Source: an uncultured Aminicenantes bacterium
GTDB taxonomy: Bacteria > Acidobacteriota > Aminicenantia > UBA2199
Reading direction: 5' to 3'
Assembly (NCBI GenBank): GCA_965195285.1
Contig: CBDAFS010000007.1
Span: forward strand, 1 to 64,000
Length of the DNA: 64,000 bases
Position 1 is the stretch's first letter. Each line of letters opens with the position of its first letter. Both the position numbers and the translations under genes were made by a program. Under the pieces are notes generated by a model that searched no databases, was not told the DNA's origin, and saw nothing but the letters and a program-made list of their open reading frames with translations. Of the stretch, positions 38,403 to 48,282 are shown one piece after another.

Positions 38403-40788
38403 TAAAAAATACACGGCAGAAAGCATCAAGGTTCTGGAGGGGCTGGTAGCAGTTAGAAAAAGACCCGCCATGTATATAGGAAGTACCGGAAGTACCGGCT
38501 TGCACCATCTGGTCTATGAAGTTGTTGATAATTCCATTGATGAAGCCATGGCTGGTTACTGTAAAAAGATCGAAGTTGTAATCCATTTCGATGAATCCAT
38601 CACTGTTAATGATGATGGACGCGGAATTCCGGTAGATATTCATAAAGAGGAGAAAAAACCGGCGGCAGAAGTCGTGATGACCACCCTTCATGCGGGAGGT
38701 AAATTTGATAAAGATAGTTATAAAGTTTCCGGCGGACTTCACGGAGTGGGGGTTTCGGTTGTAAATGCGCTATCTTCCCGTCTGGACCTGGAAATCAAGA
38801 GAGACGGGGCGGTTTATTTTCAAAAGTATGAACAAGGAAATCCGGTATCGAAATTCAAGCAAATCGGAAAAACAAACAAGCGAGGAACCAAGGTTACATT
38901 CTGGCCAGACGAAGAGATTTTCGATATGATTGAATTCAGTTTTAACATATTGTCAAAACGACTGAAAGAACTGGCCTTTTTAAATAGGGGTCTATTCATT
39001 ACCTTGATTGATGAGAGGGATAACAAAAAAGAACAGTATGTTTTTAAAGGGGGGCTTGTTGAATATGTTAAATATTTGATCGGTTCAAAAGAGAAGGTTC
39101 ATAACAAGCCCATTCATTTAAGTTCGGAAAAGGACGAAATCGAAATTGATATTGCTTTTCAATATGTCAATACCTTTAGTGAAATGTTGTTGTCATATGT
39201 AAATAACATCAACACTGCTGAAGGGGGAACCCACCTAACCGGTTTCAAAGGGGCCATAACCCGAACCATCAATAGTTTTGCTCAATCAGACAACCTTCGG
39301 AAAGCGGTTAAAGTTAATTTTTCTGGTGATGATGTTCGGGAAGGTTTGATTGCTGTCATTTCAGTCCGTTTAAAAGAACCTCAATTTGAAGGCCAGACCA
39401 AAGCCAAACTGGGTAATTCTGATGTAAAAGGTATTGTTGAATCTTTTGTAAATGAGAAGTTACAGGAATTTTTTGAGGAAAATATTGGGGTTGCCAAATC
39501 CATTGTCAATAAAGCCTCTCTGGCTGCCCAGGCGCGGGAAGCATCAAGAAATGCAAAAGATCTGGTCAGAAAATCGACTCTTCTTGAAAATACCACTTTA
39601 CCCGGAAAACTTGCTGACTGTCAGACCAAAAACCCGGAAGAAAGTGAATTATATGTCGTAGAAGGAGATTCAGCTGGGGGATCTGCCAAGCAAGGAAGAG
39701 ATCGCAGATTTCAGGCCATTCTTCCTCTCAAGGGAAAGATTTTGAATGTGGAAAAAGCCACCACTACCAAAATGCTGGAAAATGAGGAAATTAAAACCAT
39801 TATTGCGGCTTTGGGAGTGGGAATCGGTATAGAAAGCTTTGATATTTCGAAATTGCGTTATCATAAAATTATTATTATGACTGATGCCGATGTTGACGGA
39901 TCCCATATCCGCACACTGCTCATGACTTTCTTTTTCAAATATATGCGCCCGCTTATTGAAAAGGGGTATCTCTACCTGGCTCAACCTCCCTTGTTTTTGG
40001 TTAAAAAAGGAAAGAGCAGAAAGTATATCAAAAATGAGAAGAAACTGGATAATTACCTCATAAAACTTATTGGTGAAGAAGCCATTATATACAATGAACA
40101 AAATGCAGCAGAAGTATTAAAAGGCTCCAAGCTGGTCAAATTCATCAAGTTGGTTAATAAGAGAAGTTCCCTGATGGATAGTATTGAAAAAAGAGGGATG
40201 CCCAGGGCTTTAACCAACAAATTGGTTGAATTGATCAAAGATGAAGATACATTTTCGGATGCCAAAAAGACAGAGGAAATTGCCGAAAGAATTGGGGAAG
40301 TGGATTGTTGTCGATCCGTAACCATCAATTTTGATGAAGAATACTCTACTTTCAATCTGGATATTGAATATGAACTAAATGGCGTGAGTATGAAAAAATC
40401 CCTGAACTGGGAATATTTGACCGGTCCATTGTTTGCTGAAGTAAATGAGTCTTATGAAAAACTCAAACACTTCCCCCAAGCTCCGTATGTATGTAAGATT
40501 AACGGTTTTGAATTTATCACTGAAAAATCAAAAGAACTCGTCTCCACCCTGTTTGAGAAGATAAAAAGTAAATTTTCTATTCAAAGATATAAAGGACTGG
40601 GTGAGATGAATCCCATACAATTATGGGAAACTACCATGGATCCGGATGTTCGAACTTTACTGAAAGTTCATATTAATGATTTTCTTGTAAGCGAAACCAT
40701 ATTTGATACCTTGATGGGCAGCGACTCCAATAAGCGAAAAGAGTTTATTCTTCAAAATGCTCTGAACGTTAAAAACCTGGATATATAA
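38395..40788 (+). CDS. gyrB: DNA gyrase subunit B
   Basis: VRKRPAMYIG, EVVDNSIDE, GLHGVG, VEGDSAGG, PLKGKILNV, DADVDG, QRYKGLGEMN; carries the long TOPRIM insert. Confidence 0.98.
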   Translation: MADKKYTAESIKVLEGLVAVRKRPAMYIGSTGSTGLHHLVYEVVDNSIDEAMAGYCKKIEVVIHFDESITVNDDGRGIPVDIHKEEKKPAAEVVMTTLHAGGKFDKDSYKVSGGLHGVGVSVVNALSSRLDLEIKRDGAVYFQKYEQGNPVSKFKQIGKTNKRGTKVTFWPDEEIFDMIEFSFNILSKRLKELAFLNRGLFITLIDERDNKKEQYVFKGGLVEYVKYLIGSKEKVHNKPIHLSSEKDEIEIDIAFQYVNTFSEMLLSYVNNINTAEGGTHLTGFKGAITRTINSFAQSDNLRKAVKVNFSGDDVREGLIAVISVRLKEPQFEGQTKAKLGNSDVKGIVESFVNEKLQEFFEENIGVAKSIVNKASLAAQAREASRNAKDLVRKSTLLENTTLPGKLADCQTKNPEESELYVVEGDSAGGSAKQGRDRRFQAILPLKGKILNVEKATTTKMLENEEIKTIIAALGVGIGIESFDISKLRYHKIIIMTDADVDGSHIRTLLMTFFFKYMRPLIEKGYLYLAQPPLFLVKKGKSRKYIKNEKKLDNYLIKLIGEEAIIYNEQNAAEVLKGSKLVKFIKLVNKRSSLMDSIEKRGMPRALTNKLVELIKDEDTFSDAKKTEEIAERIGEVDCCRSVTINFDEEYSTFNLDIEYELNGVSMKKSLNWEYLTGPLFAEVNESYEKLKHFPQAPYVCKINGFEFITEKSKELVSTLFEKIKSKFSIQRYKGLGEMNPIQLWETTMDPDVRTLLKVHINDFLVSETIFDTLMGSDSNKRKEFILQNALNVKNLDI

Positions 40789-40797
40789 GGATAGAAG

Positions 40798-43242
40798 ATG
40801 GATATCATAGATGAGATCAAAGAAAAAATAGAAGATGTAACCATCGAAAATGAGATGCAAACTTCTTATCTGGATTATTCCATGAGTGTTATTATCGGCA
40901 GGGCCATTCCGGACATACGGGATGGTTTGAAACCGGTACACCGAAGAACCCTCTATTCGCTTTATCAGACCGGTACACTTTATAACCGCCCTTATAAAAA
41001 ATCAGCTCGTATTGTTGGAGATGTAATCGGTAAATACCATCCACATGGAGATTCGGCTGTCTATGATACCCTGGCCCGGATGGCGCAGGATTTTTCTATG
41101 AGATATACGTTGGTTGACGGACAAGGCAATTTTGGATCTATTGATGGAGATCCCCCGGCTGCCATGAGATATACCGAAGTAAGGCTGGATAAAATATCCA
41201 ATGCGCTCATCACTGATATTGATAAAAACACAGTTGATTTTAATCCTACCTATGATGGGACCATGGTTGAACCTTCGGTCTTTCCTTCACTGCTTCCCAT
41301 GTTGATGTTGAATGGAAGTTCCGGTATCGCAGTCGGAATGGCAACTTCGATTCCCCCACATAACCTGAAGGAGCTGATTGATACGGTAAATTATTTTATT
41401 GATAACCGTGATGCCAGTATTGAAGAATTAATGGATATACTGCAGGGCCCTGATTTTCCAACCGGAGGATTTATTTTTGGTAAGACATCCATTCGAAATG
41501 CCTATAAAACCGGTAGAGGAACCATTGTGGTTCGGGCCAAAGCGGTTATTGAATCCGATGGAAAGGGCAGACAGAAGATTGTAATCACTGAAATTCCCTA
41601 TCAGACCAATAAAGCAAGAATACTGGAAAATATTGCTCTTCTCGTAAAGAGCAGAAAAATAAATGGGATTTCTGATTTACGGGATGAATCGGATAGGGAA
41701 GGCATGAGAATTGTGGTAGAAGTAAAACGAGACGAGATCCCTGAGGTAATTCTAAACTCGCTTTATAAGTATACTCAGTTGCAGAGCAGTTTTTCCGTTA
41801 ATCTTCTGGCCATTGTAAATCAACAACCAAAACAGTTTAATTTAATCGATTACCTCAATTATTTTTTGGGTCATAGGAGGGAAATCGTCCGGAGACGTTC
41901 AAAATTCGAACTTGAAAAAGCTGAACGCAGGGCTCATATCATTGAAGGTTTGAAAATTGCTCTGAACCAACTGGACCTGGTTATAAAACTCATCAGAGGG
42001 TCCAAAGACCGAACCGAGGCTAAAGCGAGTCTCTTGAACAAATTGACTTTAACCGAAATCCAGGTGGATGCCATCCTGGATATGCAATTATACCGCCTTA
42101 CTGGACTGGAGATTGACAAGTTGGAAGCAGAATATGTGGATCTCTTGAAACAGATGAATTATCTGAAAGAAATATTATCCAGTGAACATATTTTAATGAA
42201 TCTGATAAAAAAAGAACTTGAAAAAATCAGCGATCAGTTCACAGATGACAGACGTACAACTATCATTGAACACGATTTATCTGAAATCAATATCGAAGAC
42301 TTGATCAAAGATGAAGATTTTGTGATTATTTACACCGAAAAAGGGTATATTAAACGTACGACTCTGAGCTCATATAAGATTCAACACCGGGGAACGATTG
42401 GCAAGCGCGGATTCGGCTTGAAAGAGGAAGATGTTATCTCAAGGTGCTTTGTTGCCTCTGCTCATGATTACGTCCTGGTTTTTACTGAAAAAGGAAGGAT
42501 CTTCTGGATTAAGGTATATGATCTGCCCGAGGGTGATGCAATTGCAAGGGGAAAACCCCTGAATCGTTTGATTGGAATCGAAGGGGAAGAAAAAGTGTGT
42601 TCGGTAATTAATGTAAAGGGATTTCCCAAGGATCAATATGTGATGCTCTTTTCCAGGAAGGGCTATATTAAAAAAACTTCACTGGCTGCTTTTTCAAAAC
42701 CCCGAATAATCGGTATCATTGCTGCTGATGTTCCAGACGGAGACTCACTTTTTGAAGCTCAGATCACCAATGGGGACAATGAAATCATTCTGGGTACCAA
42801 CCTGGGAAAATCATTGAAGTTCAATGAAAAAGATGTTCGGGAAATGGGGAGAAGCGCCCGAGGGGTAATTGGAATCCGGCTGGATAAGAAGGATTTTCTG
42901 GTTGGAGCAGATATAATCGGGGACAAGGTGAAATATATTCTGACCGTTACTGAAAAAGGGTATGGGAAAAAGTCAGATCTTGATCTTTATCGCCTGCAGA
43001 ACCGGGGTGGTAAGGGTTTGATAAATATTCGGATAAATGAAAAACTGGGTAAGGTCATTGGACTGGTTACACTGGGAGAAAATGATGAAATTCTGTTATC
43101 TTCCGAAAGGGGAATTATTAATAAGCAGACTTCTTCCCGGATTAGATCACAGGGAAGGGCTACCCAGGGTGTGAAAATCATTAATTTAAGAAGCGGAGAT
43201 AAACTGGTTTCCCTCGAAAAAGTCCGAATTGATACCACCTAA
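40798..43242 (+). CDS. gyrA: DNA gyrase subunit A
   Basis: [26 protein letters not shown]; C-terminal beta-pinwheel with GyrA-box-like QHRGTIG. Confidence 0.98.
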   Translation: MDIIDEIKEKIEDVTIENEMQTSYLDYSMSVIIGRAIPDIRDGLKPVHRRTLYSLYQTGTLYNRPYKKSARIVGDVIGKYHPHGDSAVYDTLARMAQDFSMRYTLVDGQGNFGSIDGDPPAAMRYTEVRLDKISNALITDIDKNTVDFNPTYDGTMVEPSVFPSLLPMLMLNGSSGIAVGMATSIPPHNLKELIDTVNYFIDNRDASIEELMDILQGPDFPTGGFIFGKTSIRNAYKTGRGTIVVRAKAVIESDGKGRQKIVITEIPYQTNKARILENIALLVKSRKINGISDLRDESDREGMRIVVEVKRDEIPEVILNSLYKYTQLQSSFSVNLLAIVNQQPKQFNLIDYLNYFLGHRREIVRRRSKFELEKAERRAHIIEGLKIALNQLDLVIKLIRGSKDRTEAKASLLNKLTLTEIQVDAILDMQLYRLTGLEIDKLEAEYVDLLKQMNYLKEILSSEHILMNLIKKELEKISDQFTDDRRTTIIEHDLSEINIEDLIKDEDFVIIYTEKGYIKRTTLSSYKIQHRGTIGKRGFGLKEEDVISRCFVASAHDYVLVFTEKGRIFWIKVYDLPEGDAIARGKPLNRLIGIEGEEKVCSVINVKGFPKDQYVMLFSRKGYIKKTSLAAFSKPRIIGIIAADVPDGDSLFEAQITNGDNEIILGTNLGKSLKFNEKDVREMGRSARGVIGIRLDKKDFLVGADIIGDKVKYILTVTEKGYGKKSDLDLYRLQNRGGKGLINIRINEKLGKVIGLVTLGENDEILLSSERGIINKQTSSRIRSQGRATQGVKIINLRSGDKLVSLEKVRIDTT

Positions 43243-43284
43243 TTGAATTTGTATTGTTAAGGTTTACCCGATTAGCATACTGAG

Positions 43285-43842
43285 ATGAGGAAAACGGAAA
43301 ATATAGAAATTATTGAAACCCATAAAAGATATCCATTATCTTATATTCTAATATATAATGGATTAACCGTTATTCATTTTTTACTGGGGGGGATGGGTAT
43401 CATATATGGATATAACTTCACCGGGGCCGGAAAATTGATTGGATATTTCTATCTGGCTTTTGCTTTTGTTCAGATGTATGTGGTCATGCCCCTGAAAGTA
43501 TGTCCGGCCTGTGTATATCACAGCAAAAATAAATCCCGATGCATAAGCGGTTTGAATATCATCTCAAAAAGGGTATTACATTGTAAAGGGACAAAAGATC
43601 TCTCCAAAAGGGGAAAAGGCCTGTTATGCCACAACCATTTGTATATGATTGCTCTGGTTATTCCGGTTATTTTTATGCTTCATGCCCTGGTTTTTAATTT
43701 TTCATTTTTTTTACTTTTTTTATTGTTGGTTTTAATCAGCGTATTGTTGCTCCGGGTATTGATCATTATTCCAAAAATGGCCTGTATTCACTGTATGGCC
43801 AAAGACAAATGCCCCAATGCCGAGGCCAGGGGTATATTTTGA
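43285..43842 (+). CDS. Cys-rich four-TM hypothetical membrane protein
   Basis: Four hydrophobic segments; CPAC...C and CIHC....CP clusters. Confidence 0.65.
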   Translation: MRKTENIEIIETHKRYPLSYILIYNGLTVIHFLLGGMGIIYGYNFTGAGKLIGYFYLAFAFVQMYVVMPLKVCPACVYHSKNKSRCISGLNIISKRVLHCKGTKDLSKRGKGLLCHNHLYMIALVIPVIFMLHALVFNFSFFLLFLLLVLISVLLLRVLIIIPKMACIHCMAKDKCPNAEARGIF

Positions 43843-43918
43843 ATGGCTACGCTTTTCGTGATAAAATAGGTTTTAATGATTGTGCCGGTCTTTTTATTGG
43901 CAGAGGAGACAGATGTAA

Positions 43919-44641
43919 ATGTTTTTTCCCATAAAAGACTATAATCCCACCCGCAACGTTTCATATATTACCATTGTATTAATTGCAATTAATATAACCG
44001 TGTTTGTTTATCAAGCAGTGATTTCAGATTTGAATTTAAATGTGTTTAAAAATGCCATGATTCCTTGGGAAATTACCCATATGAAGACGATTGAAAGTCC
44101 TGTTGGGATTGAGGTACAAGATCAATATGGATACACGCAGAGACAACTGATTTATAGAGAAATTTCTCCTTTTCTGACTTTGTTCACTTCGATGTTTATG
44201 CACGGATCGATTTTACATCTCTTCGGGAACATGCTTTTTTTATGGATTTTCGGAAATAATATTGAAGATTATCTGGGAAAAATCAAATTCATACTTTTTT
44301 ATCTTTTATCCGGTCTGGGTGCCAGCCTGGTTCATATCATATTTCATTCCAATTCCATGACACCTGTGATTGGAGCCAGCGGGGCTGTATCCGGTGTGAT
44401 GGGGGCCTACCTGATCCTTTTCCCAACCGCCAGGGTCCGAACCCTGGTTTTTGTGTTTATATTTATCACTTTTGTCGATATTCCGGCATTTATTTTCTTG
44501 ATTGTCTGGTTTATATTTCAATTTTTATATGCGGGTGGTGAAGGTGTGGCCTGGCTTGCACACGTCGGGGGATTCTTGATAGGACTACTTTTGATAAAAT
44601 GGTGGCGTCAGAAAAAGCCAAAAATTGAATTAATTGAATAA
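43919..44641 (+). CDS. Rhomboid family intramembrane serine protease
   Basis: FMHGS..HLFGNM, GASGA, AHVGG. Confidence 0.93.
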   Translation: MFFPIKDYNPTRNVSYITIVLIAINITVFVYQAVISDLNLNVFKNAMIPWEITHMKTIESPVGIEVQDQYGYTQRQLIYREISPFLTLFTSMFMHGSILHLFGNMLFLWIFGNNIEDYLGKIKFILFYLLSGLGASLVHIIFHSNSMTPVIGASGAVSGVMGAYLILFPTARVRTLVFVFIFITFVDIPAFIFLIVWFIFQFLYAGGEGVAWLAHVGGFLIGLLLIKWWRQKKPKIELIE

Positions 44642-44748
44642 TTGACGATCCATAATTTGTCTTTGACCAATATTGCAGAGATTACGGGCATTTGGTTGAC
44701 AAACAAAAAATTGTTTTTTAAAATTGATCTACAGAAAGGGCAACTTCC

Positions 44749-45129
44749 ATGAACAAAGATCTGATCAATACCAAAAGGGCACCCAGCGCCATTGGCCCCT
44801 ATTCTCAGGGAATACGGAAAGGGGAGTTCGTTTTCCTCTCTATGCAAATAGGGATTGATCCCGTGACCCAACAATTGGTCAATGGCGGAGTTAAATCTCA
44901 AACCAGGCAGATTTTTGACAATATTACAGAGATTCTAAATCAGGCTGGCACTCATCTAAATCAGGTGGTGAAAACCACAGTATTTATCAAGGAAATGAAA
45001 TATTTCAAACCTGTTAATGATATCTATACTCAGTATTTCGATATACCCTACCCGGCAAGATCGGTTGTTGGCGTCAACGATCTTCCCTTATCTGCTGAGA
45101 TTGCAATAGATATAATTGCCATTAGATAA
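44749..45129 (+). CDS. ridA: RidA family reactive intermediate/imine deaminase
   Basis: APSAIGPYSQ, VVKTTVF, N..Y..YF..PYPARS.V.V..LP. Confidence 0.9.
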   Translation: MNKDLINTKRAPSAIGPYSQGIRKGEFVFLSMQIGIDPVTQQLVNGGVKSQTRQIFDNITEILNQAGTHLNQVVKTTVFIKEMKYFKPVNDIYTQYFDIPYPARSVVGVNDLPLSAEIAIDIIAIR

Positions 45130-45179
45130 ATGAATCAAAGAGTGATCATTTCTGGTTTCGATCAAATCGAGGAGAAGAG

Positions 45180-46040
45180 GTGACAAATATAGCAAATTTA
45201 CTCTTAAGTTTGCAGGAAGAGTTGGGTAAATCCCCGGATAAGGATAAGGCCGATCGGGTCATTAAAAGAATCGTGGCTTTTTATATGGATAATTTGGGAG
45301 TACAGGAAGATGAAGTCGCGATTTTTTTTCCCAACAAACAAAAAACCGCCTTGTCATTTGTTTATCCGACCTATCTTGTCAATTCAGGGATTATTTCTAT
45401 TGAATCACCGGATGCGATTGTTTCTCAGATTTATCGTACCGGAAAACCTTTTATTGATAATAAATTCTTAGAGAAGGAGCATTTATCGGTTTTTGAATTC
45501 GTTAAAACACCTCAGAGCGAAACCAAGCTTATCTGGAAAATGATCGGGACTGTAATTTCCTATAAAGGAGAAAAAATCGGGGTCATTGAAATCTCAAAAA
45601 GGCGAAGCGCCTTCTCTGATGTAGGTTCCGATTTTACCAAGGAAAATTTGAAGTTCCTTGAGCAATCAATTTTACAGTTGAATCAAGTATTCAAGAACCT
45701 ATATGATGATATTTTCAGACAAAAACGAGAAAAAGTGAAAAGAGACTTGGCCTTACTGGCAGAAATCATTCGCTGGAGAAGGAAACTTAATGATGGTGAT
45801 TGTATAAAGTTCCGAAATATTTATCTGGGATTGATAAATATTTGTAAGGGATATGTGATTCATAAAAATTCCCTTGATCGGATTGAAGTGAAGTTTACTT
45901 CCGGTAATTGCAAAGAATACATGGTCGTATCAATAGACTCCCTGTGGCCTTGCTCCTGGGATAAAAACAAGATGAAAAGGGCTTCCAATGTGTATAAAAG
46001 ACTTAAAAAACTCAGTAAGATTATTCGGGATACCGATTGA
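45180..46040 (+). CDS. Hypothetical protein with GAF-like N-terminal domain and a C-terminal extra domain
   Basis: GGAG RBS plus GTG start; GAF-like pattern (..KIGVIEISKR....FT.E.L.FL). Confidence 0.6.
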   Translation: MTNIANLLLSLQEELGKSPDKDKADRVIKRIVAFYMDNLGVQEDEVAIFFPNKQKTALSFVYPTYLVNSGIISIESPDAIVSQIYRTGKPFIDNKFLEKEHLSVFEFVKTPQSETKLIWKMIGTVISYKGEKIGVIEISKRRSAFSDVGSDFTKENLKFLEQSILQLNQVFKNLYDDIFRQKREKVKRDLALLAEIIRWRRKLNDGDCIKFRNIYLGLINICKGYVIHKNSLDRIEVKFTSGNCKEYMVVSIDSLWPCSWDKNKMKRASNVYKRLKKLSKIIRDTD

Positions 46041-46066
46041 GCTGTTGAGGTTTTGCTGTGTGTTTA

Positions 46067-46792
46067 ATGGAAGTTCGTAACCTCAACGTTTCGCTTCGAG
46101 GAAGTGCTTTTCCTATCTTAAAAAGCATTCATGTAAAAATAAAACCCCATTGTATTACCGCTTTGATCGGGGAATCCGGTTCTGGAAAAACGATTTTTTC
46201 GCGAACAATTTCGGGATTACTTCCGGAAAATATGGTTATTGATTCCGGATTTTTCTATTTTAAGCACAAAATAATTTCCTATCAATGGATTCAGAAAAAT
46301 AGGGGGCGGACAATTTTTTACACACCTCAAAATGCAGCGGCTTCTTTAAATCCCATTATAAAAATCAAAACCCAATTAAAGGAGGTTTCCAGAAGCGGAG
46401 CCGAACCCATTGATAAAATTTTAAATAATCTATCCCTGCGGGATTCTCAAAGAATTTTAAATGCCTATCCTTTTGAATTAAGTGGAGGAGAAAATCAACG
46501 ATGCCTACTGGCCATGGCTATTGCCCTGACTCCTCAATTGTTAATTCTGGATGAGCCTGTAACGTCGGTGGATGGTCAGTTTCGAAAAAGTTTTATCGGC
46601 TATATTCAGAAAATAAAATCCAAATACCATATGACCATCTTGATGATTACCCATAACTTGGCATTGATTGAACATATTGCCGATTATATTTATATCATGT
46701 ATGGTGGCCAGATTGTAGAGTCGGGCACCTTTGATGATCTTATTTGCCAACCAAGGCATGCCTATACCAAAGAAATAGTTTCATATCTTTAA
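46067..46792 (+). CDS. Peptide/nickel ABC transporter ATP-binding subunit (OppD/DppD-like)
   Basis: GESGSGKT, SLNP, YPFELSGG, LILDEP, ITHN, IMYGGQIVE, P.HAYT. Confidence 0.9.
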   Translation: MEVRNLNVSLRGSAFPILKSIHVKIKPHCITALIGESGSGKTIFSRTISGLLPENMVIDSGFFYFKHKIISYQWIQKNRGRTIFYTPQNAAASLNPIIKIKTQLKEVSRSGAEPIDKILNNLSLRDSQRILNAYPFELSGGENQRCLLAMAIALTPQLLILDEPVTSVDGQFRKSFIGYIQKIKSKYHMTILMITHNLALIEHIADYIYIMYGGQIVESGTFDDLICQPRHAYTKEIVSYL

Positions 46793-46818
46793 TAACCCGG
46801 CTTTGGTTAACCGGTTCA

Positions 46819-47280
46819 TTATATTAGTTGATCTTTCTGCTTAAAAATATTGATTATGTCCTGAGGATTTTGGGCTTTTTTCATGGTTTCTACAATATCT
46901 GTAGAAGAAACCAGCCGGGCGATATGAGCTAATGATTTTAAATGGAGGCCGACTTCTCTTTCATCACTCATAATTAAAAAGACCAGATATACTTTTTGGT
47001 TATCTGGAGATTTAAAATCCATTCCCTCTTTTATTAATGACAGGAAAAAAGTGAAGTCAGAAAATTCATCTGAAAAGATATGGGGGGCAGCCGAACCTTT
47101 TCCAATTGCGGTGGATTGAACACTTTCTCTTTTTATGAAAAGGAGTTTGATTTTTTCAGTATTTTTTATGATTTCATTTTTTTTTAGAAATTTTGAAAAA
47201 TCATTGTAAAAACTGTCGGTATCAGGATAGTGATCAGCGACAAATATGTTTTCGTTTTTTAAAATCCCCGTCAAATTCAT
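46819..47280 (-). CDS. PTS EIIA domain protein (PtsN/fructose-mannitol family)
   Basis: RE...STAIGKG.A.PH (phospho-His), DF.SPD, HLK.LA.IAR. Confidence 0.9.
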   Translation of the reverse strand: MNLTGILKNENIFVADHYPDTDSFYNDFSKFLKKNEIIKNTEKIKLLFIKRESVQSTAIGKGSAAPHIFSDEFSDFTFFLSLIKEGMDFKSPDNQKVYLVFLIMSDEREVGLHLKSLAHIARLVSSTDIVETMKKAQNPQDIINIFKQKDQLI

Positions 47281-47651
47281 TGCATTCTCCTTTTCAAATC
47301 ATCGGAGGTTTCGAAAATTTTATCTTTTCCCGCGGAAATGAGGAAAATTTCCATTTCATCCTCCATTTGAATTTTGTATTTTTGCCCCCAAGCATCCAAA
47401 CATTCCGCTTCGGTTCTGAGATAAAGGGGGATCAGTTCGTCCAGCGACCGGGGATATTTTCCGGAATCAGAATAAAAAGTATTTATGGCAGTGGAAATGT
47501 GCCTTATATCCGAATCTAAAATTAATTTATCTACTTTCTGACCGGCGTTCAGCATTTTCTGGGGCAGGTTTTCCTTTTTGGAAAAAAATCCGGTTTGTAT
47601 GGCAACAATAACCAGAAAAGCCAGCAATATTACCAAAAGTATGCCTCTCAT
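47277..47651 (-). CDS. GspG/pseudopilin-like protein
   Basis: N-terminal TM; DI..I..AI..F...GKYP.SL.EL...YL, DAWG..Y, SAG.D..F.TSDD. Confidence 0.75.
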   Translation of the reverse strand: MRGILLVILLAFLVIVAIQTGFFSKKENLPQKMLNAGQKVDKLILDSDIRHISTAINTFYSDSGKYPRSLDELIPLYLRTEAECLDAWGQKYKIQMEDEMEIFLISAGKDKIFETSDDLKRRMQ

Positions 47652-47735
47652 AAAAATATTTTAAAACATAAAAAAAAAAATAACAATATAGAAACATAAA
47701 TTTAACTATGCCAATAAAAATGATATAATAGCCAT

Positions 47736-48221
47736 ATGGATTCACAGCCAAAAAATGAAATGATCTTTTCCATTCTGAAAGAGCTGGAAATTTTTTCTGA
47801 TTTGGATGAAAGCGCATTGATAACCTTAAGCCACTTGTTTGAAGAGAAGGAGTATCTTCAGAATAGAATCATTTTTGAAGAGGGGAGTATCGGGACCTCG
47901 ATGATGATCATTGCCCAGGGCAAGGTCAGGGTATCCCAGAAGGCCAACCAGGAAACGGAAGAAGCATTGAAAATTTTGCATACCGGGGAGGTGTTCGGTG
48001 AAATGGCCTTACTGGAAGATTTGCCCAGATCTGCAGCCATAATCGCTCATACCAATGTGATTATCATTTCCGTTGATCGGTCCAATTTCTTAAAATTCCT
48101 GGAGCAGGATTGCAGAAATGGATTGAAAATCATGATCAAATTGGCCAAAACATTGTCCTCACGTTTGCGAGAAGCCGATGTCAAACTCAAGACCTTTGTA
48201 AACCTTACTCAGTGGATATGA
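47736..48221 (+). CDS. Stand-alone cyclic nucleotide-binding domain protein
   Basis: IFEEG..G..M.II..GKV, GEVFGEMALL...PRSA. Confidence 0.9.
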   Translation: MDSQPKNEMIFSILKELEIFSDLDESALITLSHLFEEKEYLQNRIIFEEGSIGTSMMIIAQGKVRVSQKANQETEEALKILHTGEVFGEMALLEDLPRSAAIIAHTNVIIISVDRSNFLKFLEQDCRNGLKIMIKLAKTLSSRLREADVKLKTFVNLTQWI

Positions 48222-48282
48222 TTGATTTAAAAGATATTTAATTTTTATTCAAATTTAACCATATAACCATGAAGGAGTCTCA

